Source of the DNA: Octopus sinensis
Taxonomy: Eukaryota
NCBI RefSeq assembly: GCF_006345805.1
Contig: NC_043000.1
Location: 107,322,001 to 107,386,000 of the forward strand
Direction: 5' to 3'
DNA length: 64,000 nt
Numbering within the stretch: the stretch's first letter is position 1; each line of letters opens with the position of its first letter. The position numbers and the translations under genes were made by a program. The notes under the pieces were generated by a model. That model was not told where the DNA came from. It made no database searches and was given only the letters and a program-made list of their open reading frames with translations. Positions 40,004 through 54,984 of the stretch are shown here, piece by piece.

Positions 40004-40107
<104 letters not shown>

Positions 40108-40334
40108 GTTATAAAATGAGATAGGGGTTGAAAATTCAACCCACCATGGGATAACATATATCCAATATACTGCTAGATAGGTACCCAACAAGACTAATAC
40201 ATAGATGTTAAAAATTGCCAAACAATCAGTTCATCCATTGTATTATATGGGTAAAGGTAATAATATTACCGTAAATTAATACTACAAAATTAGAAAATGG
40301 AGAAACATGTTTCTCCATTTTCTAATTTATATAG

Positions 40335-40442
<108 letters not shown>

Positions 40443-40469
40443 TATAAGCATGTTATGTGTACGCATGAA

Positions 40470-41590
40470 TATGATGTTGATGATGGGATGATATGCCACA
40501 AATTGTGTGACCTTGGCGTTGGAAAATTGGGAGAGTGGCTACATGACATTTTAAAAGGCAGAAGTCAGACATTCTCTCTGATGAGACAACGATACGTAGC
40601 AGATTCCTTGACATAACTGTATTGGGTCCACTACTGTTTGTTGTAGTGCTCTCTGACATGTCCTCAGATACAATCAATCACTCTCACCAGCTATGCTGAT
40701 GACACAAATGTAATAATGTCGGGAAAGGACCCTGATGACATATTAAAACTGCAAAACGACCTGCATGCAATATACTAATGTGCTGGTGAAGACAACATGC
40801 AGTTCAATGCTGAGAAATTTCAAGGCCACAAACAGACTATCAGACCACAAACAGATTACAATCGGAATACACAGGACCAGGCGCAAGTGCAATCGCAGAG
40901 TCGTTACGTGAGCTGCAAGCCTGCATTAGTAATGAGGCAACATTCCACGTGCATATTAACAAGATGGCAATACTGTACAGGCGAACAGATGCTAAGAAAA
41001 AGGATACCATGCTATTCTCATAGAGAACTTATCTTCTCAGTCGTCTGGATTACTGATCTTAACTGTGGGCACTGCAGAGAAAGAAACTATTGGAGGAACT
41101 TGAGGCAATCCAGCGTCACTGCAGAAAGAAGATTGACTCAGTAAAACAGACGATCTACTGGGAGAGGTTAAAAGAACTGAAGCTCTTCTCCTTTGAGAGA
41201 AGGCGTGAAAGATATGCAGAAGATATACACGTGGAAGGGTCCAAACTTTGAAATTGAAAGCTATATTAAACATCGAACTGGACAGTACTGCATAGTACCA
41301 AAGATCCCGTTTTCTCCATCTCGAATAAGTACCTAATACTGTAACAGCTTGGGTTCAAAGGTCCACAACTCTTCAACATTCTGCCAAACGACGTTAGAGA
41401 TTTGCGAGTCGTACATATGGAGGTCTCCAAAGAGCGTCCGGACAAATTTTTTTCTGAAATACTGGATGAACTCACATTGCAACAGGAAGCACAAAGAAGA
41501 TCAGCTCTCCCCCAACTCGCTACTTCATCTAAAACACTACAGAAAAAAAATCAAACACACAGAAATGCGGTGCTCCAGCATGACCCAACC
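40470..41590 (+). pseudogene. CR1/L2-type LINE reverse transcriptase fragment
   Basis: ICHKLCDLGVGKLGEWL, TVLGPLLFVV, YADDT and NMQFNAEKF motifs in broken frames, followed by LINE-type 3' end. Confidence 0.85.
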
Positions 41591-41682
41591 TTATGTGTGC
41601 GTGCGTGTGTCTGTGAATACATATACATGTATGTGTGTGTGTGTGTGTGTATGTGTGTTTGTGTCTACGTATACTCTGTTAC

Positions 41683-41867
41683 TTGTTTCAGTCATTTTGA
41701 CTACGGCCATGCTGGAACACCGCCTTTAGTCGAGCAAATCGACCCTAGGACTTATTCTTTGTAAGCCTAGTACTAATTCTATCGGCCTCTTTGCCGAACC
41801 GCTAAGTTACGGGGACGTAAACACACCAGCATTGGTTGCCAAGCAATCTTGGGGACACACACACACA

Positions 41868-41922
<55 letters not shown>

Positions 41923-42078
41923 TATATATACGACGGGCGTCTTTCAGTTTCCGTCTACCAAATCCACTCACAGGTTTTGGTCGGTCCGAGGCTATAGTAG
42001 AGACACTTGCTACAGTGGGACTGAACCCGGAGCCATATGATTGGTAAGCAAGCTACTTACCACACAGCCACTTCTGCA
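41683..42078 (-). mobile_element. tRNA-headed SINE, family S1
   Basis: Reverse complement colinear with 14508-14920. Confidence 0.85.
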
Positions 42079-42545
42079 CCTATATATATTTTGTCATTCC
42101 GTTTAGTGATATTCTTCTCACGAATATTATTATTGACACCGAGTACATAATGTGGCATTCTGTATCATCTATACACAACATTACTGAAGAAAAAGATAAC
42201 CTGCTGTCATGTACTATAAGCATGTAGCAGTGCACAAATGCTTTTTTTTTCAAACTGAATGCATTTGAATTCCTTACTGACAGTAATGAGCATTTAGGCA
42301 ATTAATTTTAAATGAGAATTTTTTTATTTACGATTTGCATCGTGTTTCTACGCTCACAGTTCTTTTAGGTATTCATATACATTCTTTGACATCCAGCAGC
42401 CATACACACACACACATACACGCATGCACGCACGCACACATACATGTATCTATGTATGTATGTGTTTGTGTGTGTATCTGTATGCGTGTGTATGTATATA
42501 GATGTATATGTATATATCTGTATATGTATAAATATGTATGCATGT

Positions 42546-42581
<36 letters not shown>

Positions 42582-42587
42582 CGTGTA

Positions 42588-42656
<69 letters not shown>

Positions 42657-42667
42657 CTATATATATA

Positions 42668-42721
<54 letters not shown>

Positions 42722-43194
42722 AATATACATATATATATGCATATATAATATATGCATAATATATATCTTTATTTTTGTATGTATCTTCCTATCTATCTCA
42801 CTACCCAATATTTTTGAAAAGCCACACTTAACATGTTCGAGTTTATTCGGACTTGAGAAAACCTTCCGCTGCGGAAATGTTTTAAGGAGAAATTTCCTCT
42901 CATTGACCACAGATATGTGAAAACATTTATTCTGCTATAAATAACGTCATAGGTTTGTGGTATATATGCGTTTCTGAGTACTTTCATGTGTACAATTACG
43001 AACTCTAAATCTGTCATTCATAACCTAATAAAAGATACTTCATTCTTATCAGAACATTATACAGTATGTTTGCCAATGTACCTATACGTATGTATAACGG
43101 GAAGCTTTACGAAAATAAACAAAAGACGAAGGCAGGTGGAGTACAAACAAAGAATTGTATTGGTATGACGCTCAGGAATAGAAATAAAGCAAGT

Positions 43195-43230
43195 CTTTTA
43201 CGTTTCAAGCCTACGCTCTTCAACAGAAAG
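43195..43230 (-). ncRNA. Minimal hammerhead-like motif, U6 variant (family D)
   Basis: Minus strand CTTT-CTGTTGA-A-GAGC-GTAG-GCTT-GAAAC-GTA-AAAG; all helices pair. Confidence 0.55.
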
Positions 43231-43826
43231 ATACACAGAAAAGAAACACGGTGAGAAACTAGGAGAGAAAAAAAATGCGTGCAGGAGCTAACGATTCAAC
43301 ATGTATAGTTGACTATACGTATGTATAGTCCGTTATTCACAGCTCAATATTTATTTTCACATATGCCGCTTACGAGGACAATTTTATCCCGGTTCTAATT
43401 CTGCAACGGCAGGTCTTCTTCCGTTCGAATGCACTTGAATGTGTCAAATATGATTGTGCACAGATATATTTTATTCAACGCTGCTTCATGTGACTTATTT
43501 AGCTCTAGCTTGACCAAGCTTTATATAAATCACAAAACGTATTGTATGCTTTTCTTATAAGAACGAACTCGTTCTTATCAATATATCAATGTCAAATTTG
43601 GTGTTCGTGGCTGACAAAGTGAAAAGAAAAATGCAGAAACGCACACGTTCTACTATCGAATGATATAATTCGCAGTCCAGTATGTGTCTTTACACATTTT
43701 ATCTTTGAGGAGAATTTTCTGCAGCGGCAGGTTTTCTCTCATCCGAATGTACTTGAAGGTGTTAAATATGACTTTGCAGTAATATATTTTATTCAATACT
43801 GCTTTGTAGGCGGCACACACCACACA

Positions 43827-43918
<92 letters not shown>

Positions 43919-43922
<4 letters not shown>

Positions 43923-44650
43923 GGAGGGTGGAAAGTAAGTAGGCATTAAATATTGGTAATAAAATCCATATTCCTTTTACAAATTTATTGAAACGAATGA
44001 TACAAGACCTTTATTACATGGGAAAATGAAAGTAAATCTTCATATTTCAACGTAAGCACCGGTGGCGTCAATCAGTTTCCTCAAACGGCCAGGGATGGAA
44101 TGAACAACCTTCTGAAGGACGTCGTGTGGGATATCATTGAGAACCTCCTGAATCTTTGTCTCCAAGTTCTCCAGTGAGCGAGGTTTTGTCTTGTACACCT
44201 CTTTTGTGTAACTCCACGGGTAAAAGACACATGGAGTGAGATCTGGATTTCTGGGCTTCTGGACTTCTGCGGTCACAGTCTTCAGGTTTTAGTTCCTGTA
44301 CGTAATAAGGTTTCCACGGACGAAAATTCAATTCTTTATGCGACACCGCACGTATTGTCTGTCTTGATAATCCACTTTCACGAGCTGCTTGATGTGTTGA
44401 TTTTTGCGCGCTGTGTTTTTCCATGCACGCCACCATCTCTGAACCAAAACAATAGAATTCCACGCTTCATAGCGTGCTGCTATCTTCGCTCGTTCCTGAG
44501 CAGTCAAGCGACCGGCCATCGAGAAAAGAAGAAATAAGAAACAAGACAATAAGAAAATAACAAAAATGTTTTCGTCATGACTTCAGTGATACTAAAAAGT
44601 CTATAAGCAATTTCTTATGACTAAATGCTAGTTACTTTCCACCCACCCTG
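43919..44650 (-). mobile_element. Internally deleted Tc1/mariner element
   Basis: TIR-like GGGTGGAAAGTAA at both ends, TA at right end; fragments MAGRLTAQERAKIAARY.. and PDLTPCVFYPWSYTKEVY..LRKLIDATGAYVEI. Confidence 0.8.
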
Positions 44651-44674
44651 TATGTATATATATATATATATATA

Positions 44675-44716
<42 letters not shown>

Positions 44717-44722
44717 TATAGG

Positions 44723-47700
44723 GGTCCAGACAAAAGCCCCCTTGGACAAAGGCCCCATGGTTATATTTTTCGGTTACATTTTCGTTTTTAGAATTTTTAG
44801 TTGAATGTATCGACCCCAGAATTGCTTTTACTTGTTACAGTTATTAGACTGCGGCCGGCCATGCTGGGGCACCGCTTTCAAAACTTTTTAGTCGAATGTA
44901 TCGACCCCAGAATCTTTTTAAGTGATTTTCAACCAGCACATAAACTTAAGCCTAGAAGATCTCTCCACATGTTAGAAATAACAGTCAAACCTTACAAACA
45001 TTAAAAATAATAATTTCATGTAAATAAAAACGGAAATAGCGGTTGTAAAGAAAAAGAAAAAAACTAGGATCTTTTCCTTTTGAAAGCCAGATTTTCCTAG
45101 TTAACTAAACAATTTGAAACTTCGTATACTGGTAGAATGTGTCAAAAGAAAACATTATTGTAAACCAAAATGAAAACGGAATTGTAATTTCTAAGTTTAA
45201 CGTTGTTTAAAAATTCGAATTTTAACCAATGATATTCTTTCTTTCGGCCTCATATTATTTACTGCTTCTCAAAATATTGTTACTGTGACGTAAACAGCTA
45301 TTTTGTGACATAGTTAACGTATCTAAAATGTAAACATCACCGTCCCATATAACAAAGTCCTAAACAGACAGAATAATAATAAAAATACGGCGGGCTTTCG
45401 AAATAGCTGTCGAGAATAAAATGAAATTTCGACGGTAAATTTTTGGAGGGGTTTCGGTAATTTTTGTCACTCTAAAATACATGTAATTCGCATTAAATCT
45501 TATTTTTCTGAAAAATCCACGTTTTAAAACATTTTAACTGCCCACCCACTCCCTTAATAATATTTCTTTCCCCAGTAAGTACAAGGCCTGAAGCTGATGG
45601 GAAGAACTAGTCGATTGTATTCAACTGGTACTTATTCTATAAGCGCCGCCCGAAAGAAGGAAAGCTCAGCAATATTCGAATACGGAACGTAAAGATTCGT
45701 AAGAAATGACGCTAGGCATTTTATCCGATGAACTACCGATTCTGCCAGCTTTACATTATATTTTTCGTCGAAGTTTAACTTATATATTTTTACGCGTGGA
45801 CAAATAATAGAGAGATAATGTGGATCAGATGATATTACATGCTGACAAGGGCTTGGTAAAGGACTGTTAGAATGTTTAGGGATACGGTCTTATACGTTCA
45901 GGTTTCAACCCTCACCGGAATTCAAAACAAGCCGTCTGTTCTTCGATATTGGAGATCGATATAAATGATTATACCCTCCACTCACCCCAAAATATATGCT
46001 TTGTGTCTATAATCAATATTACAAATATATTGTTATTGCTATTTAACTCAGGTCATCCTGATAAACCCGGTTGAGGATCAAAGGGTTCCAACTATGACCA
46101 ACCCGTATTTTTGCGCCCCCCCTTTTTTTTCAGATAGAGCATCTATGATTATATTAGCCAATGTACCCTTCCTTTAACCAAGTAGTATATGGTTTTAAGG
46201 GGATTTGGGTGTTATTCCTAGCACATCGACGAGCGAAAACGCAGAGGGGCCCTGATTATGTGCGAGTATGCGTATGGATGGGTACATGTGTGTATGTGGG
46301 TGCATACAAGCCAAATAACCGGTTCAAGGCGTGTGTCAAACTGAAGAATCAAAGCGTGTGCACAAGTTTATAGTAAATATATACATTGTATAAAGAAAAC
46401 ACTCGAAGCCTATACAAAAACACTGAATATGTGTTTATTATTCATCCAAAGTAAACAGTACGTGTGTGCTGTTTACGTCACAGTAACAATATGTTTAGAT
46501 GAAGCAAATAATTTCAACTCAATACAGAGAATACGATTGGTTAAAATTCGCAGATTTAAACTACGTATAAACTTATAAAATACATTTTTGTCATAAAAAC
46601 TAGTTGAAATTATTGTTTTCTTTTGACACATTCTACCAGTATACGAAGTTTCAAATTATTTAGTTAACTTAGAAAAATCTGAAAAATCTGGCTTTCAAAA
46701 AGAAAAGATCCAAAAAGGATCGTCCTAAATTCCAATTTTGAAGTAAACAAAGTATATTCAATCGAAAAACGGTATTAAAACATCTATGTCCCTCACAATG
46801 CTATGTTCCGTATGTTTAAATTATTTCCCCGCTTTTAGAATGATTTCAAAATTTGAAAACGAAAATAAATCCACCTTAACATCAATAATAGAATAACAGG
46901 AAGCAAGATCCTTTACTACTCAATGTACATATTGTCTGAATTCTAACAAAAGGGAAAGCATATGTGGAGAAATATAAAAACGATAAGACTAAGTTTGAAT
47001 GACTATATATACACACATAAAATGAAAGTAAATATTACACATGTCTCTGACATGTTTTTTCTTCACAAAAACCAGTATTTGTCATTTCTATGGAGAAACA
47101 CCCGGCTCCCTATTTAGGCAAACGATAAGAAGTACATTTGAATGACTAGCCTTCAGTTAGACATTCAACGGCTGGAGAAAGTTCAAAAGGTCAACTTATT
47201 TTCATTAATCTGTAAGTGCTGAGAGAAGAAAACAAAAGATATATATTTTAAAATGCTGATTTTTCTTCGAGCAAAAAATTCTTCAAGCTGGTACCACAGT
47301 ATGGCCGCAGTCCAATGACTGAAACAAGTAAAAAGATTTTTAGAAAATAATGGAAACCGAGGGTGTTATAAAAAAGGAATTGAAGTTATTTGACTGTTAT
47401 TTCTAGCACGTAGAGATACCTTCTAGGTTTAACTTCATACGCTGGTTGAAAATCATTAAAAAAATTCTGGGATCGTTACATTCGACTAAAAATTCTTCAA
47501 GGTGGTGCCACAGCATGACCTCATTCTAATAACCGTAACAAGTAAAAAGGAAAAAAAATCTGGGTTCGATACGTTCAAATAAAAATTCTTCAAGGCGGTG
47601 CTCCAGTATGACCGCAGTCTAATGACTGAAACAATTAAAAGGTGAAAAAAAGCAAAAAGACGAAAAATAATCGAAAAATATAACTGGGGCGGTTATTGTC

Positions 47701-47795
47701 CACTCTTACACTTCAACTATGGGGCGTTTGTCCGAGGGGCTTTTGTCCGAGGGGCTTTTGTCCGTGGGGCTTTTGTCTAGGGGGCTTTTGTCCTA
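44723..47795. mobile_element. Non-autonomous foldback element, copy 2 (reverse orientation to 17928-22626)
   Basis: GGTCCAGACAAAAGCCCCC / tandem GGGGCTTTTGTCC ends; 46712-47270 is the reverse complement of 18340-18900. Confidence 0.72.
45068..46711. mobile_element. Foldback element with about 250-bp TIRs nested in the previous element
   Basis: GGATCTTTTCCTTTTGAAAGCCAGATTTT / AAAATCTGGCTTTCAAAAAGAAAAGATCC; arms related to 10076-10768. Confidence 0.78.
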
Positions 47796-47814
47796 CACTT
47801 ATATATATATATAT

Positions 47815-47824
47815 ATGTAGAGAG

Positions 47825-47868
<44 letters not shown>

Positions 47869-48015
47869 GTGGGTGAGGAGAGAGAGAGCGGTAAAATAGT
47901 TGGATATACGCATATATATATGTAGAGAGAGAGAGAGAGAGGGGAGGGAGAGAGAGAGTGGGTGAGGAAGAGAGAGAGCGGTAAAATAGTTGGATATACG
48001 CATATATATATATGT

Positions 48016-48048
<33 letters not shown>

Positions 48049-48118
48049 GAGTGGGTGAGTGAGAGAGAGAGGAGAGTGGGTGAGTGAGAGAGAGAGCGGT
48101 AAAATAGTTGGATATACG
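47815..48118. repeat. Short tandem repeat of GAGAGAGCGGTAAAATAGTTGGATATACG units within (GA)n/(TA)n
   Basis: Three copies of the unique 29-nt motif separated by variable dinucleotide tracts. Confidence 0.85.
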
Positions 48119-48294
48119 TATATATATATATATATTATGTATATTTATACTATACATACATATAATATAATATATATATATATATAATATATATATAATT
48201 AGGTATGTCCATAAGTGTGTGTGAGTATGTTTATGCATACATACACGCATATACATATATGTATATTATGTATATTTATATACATATACATACA

Positions 48295-48395
<101 letters not shown>

Positions 48396-49015
48396 TACAT
48401 ATATACATACACATGGATATATAATTAGGTATGTCCATAAGTGTGCGTGAGTGTGTTTATGCATACATTTACATGCTACAACTCTACATTTATACTTCCT
48501 GTTATATGGCTAAATATAATGTAACTCTATTTCACACACGCTTGTCTTTCTAATTACATATCATCACCGCTGTTTTTCTGTTCTCTGGTACGTCTTTCAT
48601 TATAATCAATATCGACATATATCTGCCAATTTTCTGGATTTTGCTTTCTTTACAGTATACTTTTAATCATAGCATGCTCTCAACACATACCGATCTCATA
48701 TTATATAATGTTTGTGTTTTACGTATGTATGTATGTATGTATATGTCTGCAGGTCTACTGGAGCGTGTGAGGAAATGTGTCAGTGAGTGTATTTGTATCC
48801 GTCACGATATGTATATCAGCTTGTGTGTGTGTGTGTTGAAGGGAAGAAGATAGTACGAAGGCGGTTAAGGTAACATCTTTGACAATTATGAATGTATGTG
48901 TGTATGCATGTATTTGTGTGCGCGAGTGTATATATGAACATATGTACACACACACACGTCCACAACTACACAGGCACATAAAAGTCACACATGTTTGCAT
49001 TTATGCGTGTATGTG

Positions 49016-49062
<47 letters not shown>

Positions 49063-49358
49063 GACACATAAATATATATACATGTATGTATATATAACAT
49101 ACACACAAACATATATATACTTACATGTATATATATATATATATATATAATATATATATATATATATAATAATAAATATTAGGGAATGAATCCAAATTTA
49201 CAGGGAAAAATCAGATTTTGGGTTAAATCCAATTTTATATTAAAATATTATATAAAATAATTCGAGACAAAACCACTACTTTACAAATCAAACAAGGAAA
49301 GAATTAATCAATACATAAAATTTTAATATAAATTATAAGTAGTGGTTTTGTCTCGAAT

Positions 49359-49404
<46 letters not shown>

Positions 49405-52288
49405 TCAATATAGAAATATTGAATTTCTAAATGTCTCAGAGAGACATAAGCGGTGGTGGAGCGATATAGTGGTCGTATACCGTCAACTCAATGTGACAGT
49501 CCTGTAAGGGAATTACACCACCGCCATTTAGCCCTAGGAAACATCGACGTCTCCTGTCGGCTTTGACACATTTTCTGTGTCCTTATATTTGCAAAGGGGA
49601 GGCAATCACCCCCGCCAGCTGAAAATGTTAGTTATGTATTGAAATATAATATGTGACAATTACTCGCTTGGCATGATAAAACTCCGAGTCTCGAATGTCG
49701 GGGCGGAAACCTGCACCGGCATCTCTTCAGTCATCGAGGCAATTAAAATATGCGGATCTTTTCACTTTGACCAGCAGATTTTTAAAATAATTTATTTGTA
49801 ACTAAACACTTTTAAACTTCGTATACTGGTAGAATGTGTTTATAAAACATCTTTTTCTCTTGGCTTTCTTGAGAAAATTCTGTAGTTTGTAAGCTATTTG
49901 TTGTTTAATTTCTTGTATTTCGGTAATTTCAACCAATCAGTGACGTCTATTGAGGTGAATTCACCCGAACCAGGGAACATCCTTTACTACAGAACGGAGA
50001 TTTTTGGGTTATATTTACATTTCAGGAGGTTCCTGCTAGCTGTCTGGAGCCTGCAAGATGGCGGCACAGACGGAAGTCGATAGTCAATAGCAAATTCCCA
50101 GTTGTTTCCTTTGAGTAATGAGGCATTTCTCCCTCCATATTTTTAAAATCTTGGGCCAACAGGCTTTTGGGATCTGACAATACGCCATAAAGCTAAACTC
50201 TTTATGGAGGGGAAGCCTAAGGCAATCCCATAAACCGGCCTTCTCCATTTTTAATATATATATATGTGTCTGTGTGTGTGTGTGTACACACACACACATG
50301 ATAGGCAGACAGACAGATAGATAGATAAATAGATAGATAGATAAACAGACAGACATGCACACACGAATATTACATACTTGATTATGTAAATACACACATA
50401 CGTATTAGACAATATTTTCAAGTCTGTACGTGTCGTTAGCTGTGTATGTGAGAGAGAGGGAGAGGGGGAGAGAAAGAGAGAGAGAGAGAGAGAAGGAGAG
50501 AGAGGATGTATATTTGTATATGTTTGTGTGTATATTGATGAATGATAGGCGGTAAATGATATGAAAATGTTAGTGATGTATTGAAAATGTACTTTGTAAA
50601 AATATCTGATCGTTTTAGCTTCGTCCAACAATAGTGGTTGTGGCAAGGTAGTGTTTACTCGTAAATTCTGTCTTCACTTCATTCGCTTTGATCAATTCAT
50701 ATACTGAAAAGATGATACGCATAAACTACATCTTACAAATATGTTTCTGTCTCGTCTGACACAAAGTCCTCTAATTTCATGAGGAAAGAAATTGAATACT
50801 GGGAAGGGCGATGTTCTTTCCAAATTCATATTAGAATATTAATATTATTGATGCATTAGACGCGTAATTGATGTTAGTTATATGGTTTCACATGAGTGGG
50901 TAGTACTGTATAGTACAGCTAGCCATCACTCGTCAGCGATTGTGGCTTGATAAGCATGTTCTATATACTTTCGCTAATTGCTTTAAGTGCTTACGTAGTC
51001 GCTAGCGTATGAAGACGTTTTGTCGTTCTACTCACTCTGATTCGGTAACACATACAGGATGTGACGGCAGGAGGGAGGGAAAGAGGGAGAGTGAGTGAGT
51101 GAGTGAGAGAGAGAGAGAGTGAGTGAGAGAGAGAGAGAGAGAGAGAGCAAAATATAGAGAGAGATGCTTCAGCTCCTAACTGCCACTCATTTCCAAATGA
51201 ATTGAGTGGAACAATGTAAAATAAAGTGCCTTGCTGAAGCGTACGACATTCCACCCTGTCCAGGAATTGAATCCATATTATGATGTTGAGCCGAACAACG
51301 TAACCACTAGGCCAGGAGTAATTTACAAAAAAAAAAAACGAAATAAAACAAAAAACAGCAAAAACCAAAAAGATATCGCTTAGTGAGAGCAGGAAGGGGC
51401 AGAGTTCACGACGTTTTTCTCCATTTTTCTTCTCTTTTTTAAAAAAAAATTTTTTTTTACTGGGCTCCCAAACTGGTAAGAAAAAGAAAAGTGAAAGAAG
51501 AAACCCTGCTCTTCGTGTCACTGCAGTAGAAAGTATCGCATTAGCATATAGAAATTATCCTCGGATTGGGAATCTGGTCCCAGTGCTTATAACAGCAGGG
51601 ATTTTTGTTGAAGGAATGTAAAGTCCACTTGTGATGTTAAACCACGTTCGGCACAATTCATTTGATAGGATTTCGCACGATTTGTTTTGTACATATAATT
51701 TCACTCATACAGCTTGTACCAACCTGTTGCTATTATAGAAGACATGCTCGAGCTGTCGCACAGACGAATCAAACTTTGACTCACGTGATTACGAAGCGTG
51801 CTTCTTAACCATAGACTTGTTTGCGACCATAATAACCCTCGGTGGATCAAAATTGCATATCTATGTCGCATTTCTTGTATTCTCTCTGCTGTCGCTGTTG
51901 TGTTGTTTAGCACTGGTTTGATCTATATCGAGCAGGTCTATGTACGATCAAGTGTATCCCATCTGCGGCAATCCCTATTAACATAAGTGTATCATTGGTG
52001 CTTATGGGTCCGCATAGACTAGTGTTTAGGATGTTGCACTCACGTTCACAAGATCGTAGTTTCGATTCCCGGTTGGTGCGTTTGTGTTCTTGAGTAAAAC
52101 ACTTCACGTCACATTGTTCTGCGATCACTTCAACATTCGAGATGTGGCACACTGTACCCCTATACAGGTAATAACGATTTGATGAAGTGTGTGAGCTTAA
52201 TGTACAGCACAAACATTTGATCACTTTAAACAATTCATCCGTTCAGGTTGTTCAAGCAGGAAACTCTACGATTATTGGCTCATGCTCT

Positions 52289-53061
52289 TATTTCTTTACT
52301 GCCCACAAGGAGCTGCACACAGAGGGGACAGACAAGGACAGACAAACGGATTAAGTCGATTACATCGACCCCAGTGCGTAACTGGTACTTTTTTAATCGA
52401 CCTCGAAAGGATGAAAGGCAAAGTCGACCTCGGCGGAATTTGAACTCAGAACGTAGCGGCAGACGAAATTCCTATTTCTTTACTACCCACAAGGGGCTAA
52501 ACTCAGAGGGAACAAACAAGGACAGACAAAGGGATTAAGTCGATTACATCGACACCAGTGCGTAACTGGTACTTATTTAATCGGCCCCGAAAGGATGAAA
52601 AGCAAAGTCGACCTCGGCGGAATTTGAACTCAGAACGTAGCGGCAGACGAAATACCTATTTCTTTACTACTCACAAGGGGCTAAACACAGAGGGGACAAA
52701 CAAGGACAGACAAAGGGATTAAGTCAATTACATCGACCCCAGTGCGTAACTGGTACTTATTTAATCGACCCCGAAAGGATGAAAAGCAAAGTCGTCCTCG
52801 GCGGAATTTGAACTCAGAACGTAGCGGCAAACGAAATACCTATTTCTTTACTACCCACAAGGGGCTAAACACAGAGGGGACAAACAAGGACAGACAAAGG
52901 GATTAAGTCGATTACATCGACCCCAGTGCGTAACTGGTACTTATTTAATCGACCCCGAAAGGATGAAAGGCAAAGTCGACCTCGGCGGAATTTGAACTCA
53001 GAACGTAACGGCAGACGAAATACCGCTAAGCATTTCGCCCGGCGTGCTAACGTGTCTGCCA
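52289..53061 (-). mobile_element. SINE family S2 with four tandem 184-bp body units
   Basis: TATTTCTTTAC starts at 52289, 52473, 52657, 52841; single head at about 53025-53061. Confidence 0.9.
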
Positions 53062-53979
53062 GGTTTGTGCCTTGATTGCACATATTCTATCAATCATATT
53101 CTATCTAAACATTATTGGCACATATTCTATCAAGGTCAATCTGTGCCAAGCAGCTTCACTTAACGTGTTTTAGCTTCGTTACTATGGTAACAGTCTGGAT
53201 ACTTATTTAGAGAATGCCGGTCTCCCTTCTCGCAAAGGCAAGAAAAGCTTTTCGTACTGCAAAACACTGCTAGTTTTAATTCATACCCAATAGATAATTA
53301 TATAGGTTGAATTTTTTTCAAAAGCTTTTATATTAACTGTAATAAAAAAAAGAGAGAGCTTGGCCAACATATTTTCATGAGCTACATATATTGGTTTCAA
53401 ATTTTAGTACAAAGCCAACAATCCTGTAGTGGTGGTGGTTTAAGTCGATTATATAGGCCCAGTGCTCTACTGGTATTTATTTAATCGACTCTGAAAGGAT
53501 GAAAGGCTAAGTCGAATTCAGTGGAAATTGACCTCAGAACGTACAAACGGACGAAATCCCGCTAAGCATTGTGAACCTGCGTTGTAACAGTTCTACCAGC
53601 TCCAGATACATTAACAGTCAAAGAGCTACATATTAACAAAGTGTCACATATAAACAATCAAAGAGCCGCGTTGTAGCCACCATTAGTCTCTTTTGTGGAT
53701 TGGAAACAATGGGTTACTTCCCTTGGATCGATCAAATGGATGACTTGTTTACTCAAAGATATAAAGGCGAATATGAAATCATTTTGCATGAATAAAACAT
53801 TGAGGGGGAAGCAAGGAGTAATTGATTGCAATATCATCTCTTTTAAAATATCATGTTGGGTCTTGTTTCTAGTTATTTATTACTGCGTCTTGTTGGTTCT
53901 TGAATCTTGTTGAACGTATTTAAAATATGTGTCGGTCGTTTTGAAGTCAAGCTGCATGTCATATCAATATGTACCTACG

Positions 53980-54400
53980 TACGTATGTATGTATGTATGT
54001 ATGTATGTATGTGTATGTATGTATGTATGTATGTATGTATGTATGTATGTATGTATGTATGTATGTATGTATGCATTTATGTCTATCTATCTGTCTGTAT
54101 GCATGCATGCATGCATGCATGTATGTATGTATGTATGCATGTATGTATGTCTGTCTGTATGCATGCATGCATGTATGTATGTATGCATGCATGCATGTAT
54201 GTATGTATGCATGTATGTACTTATGTATGTATTGTATGTATGTATGTATGCATGCATGCATTTATGTCTATCTATCTGTCTGTATGCATCATGCATGTAT
54301 ATATGTATGTATGTAATGTATGTATGTATGTATGTATGTATGTATGTATGTATGTATGTATGTATGTATGTATGTGTGTGTGTATGTATGTATGTGTGTG
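53980..54400. repeat. (TATG)n / (CATG)n tetranucleotide array
   Basis: Direct inspection; source of MYVC-repeat ORFs. Confidence 0.95.
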
Positions 54401-54584
54401 TGTGTTGTTTATGCATATGGATGTATCTCTGCATGTATAGATGTGTGTGTGTGTGTGTAAATATTTATATGTATGTGATCCTGGTGAGCTCGCATTTATT
54501 TTAAATGGCAGAAAGGATTATTGCGAAATAGCAGAAAGGATATTTATATGTATGTATATGTATATATGTCTATATATATTTGAA

Positions 54585-54619
<35 letters not shown>

Positions 54620-54984
54620 AAACATGGATAACGTTGCATGTGTTGATCTACACGTGTTGACATATGTATATATACATCATATGCAATTTGTATTTTTACA
54701 TTTATGTACCTGCATTATTTCTGACTAAACCTCTGGAATATGTTACACATTTTCACAATGCTATTAATGGCTTTTAATTATGATTCTCTAATTTTCCGTG
54801 TCCCTTCGTGTTTTGTGAAGCGCAGTTTATGAAGATTCGTGCATGGGCAGTTAGTTACATAACTAAGTTCCCCAAACTGATATCAATCTAAAACCTTAGC
54901 CCGTGTCCAGTAACTGAATAGTTCCCATTATTTCAACATAGAGGTTTACTTTAAAACTTATTCTTAATAGTGTTCTTACGCTTT

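Noticed and set aside
50030-50230. Short GC-richer segment with AAGATGGCGG start-like context
   Set aside because: Frame closes after 10 codons and no other frame gives a recognisable protein.
50870-50940. Minus-strand CTGACGA..hairpin..GAAAC hammerhead candidate
   Set aside because: Helix I and helix III do not pair.
51330-51500. Unusual homopolymer-run sequence (also 14960-15400) and the 176-aa ORF 50991-51521
   Set aside because: Looks like low-accuracy consensus sequence plus (GA)n translation rather than biology.
52289-53061. CRISPR-like regular repeat
   Set aside because: Units are contiguous 184-bp SINE bodies with no unique spacers; eukaryotic context.
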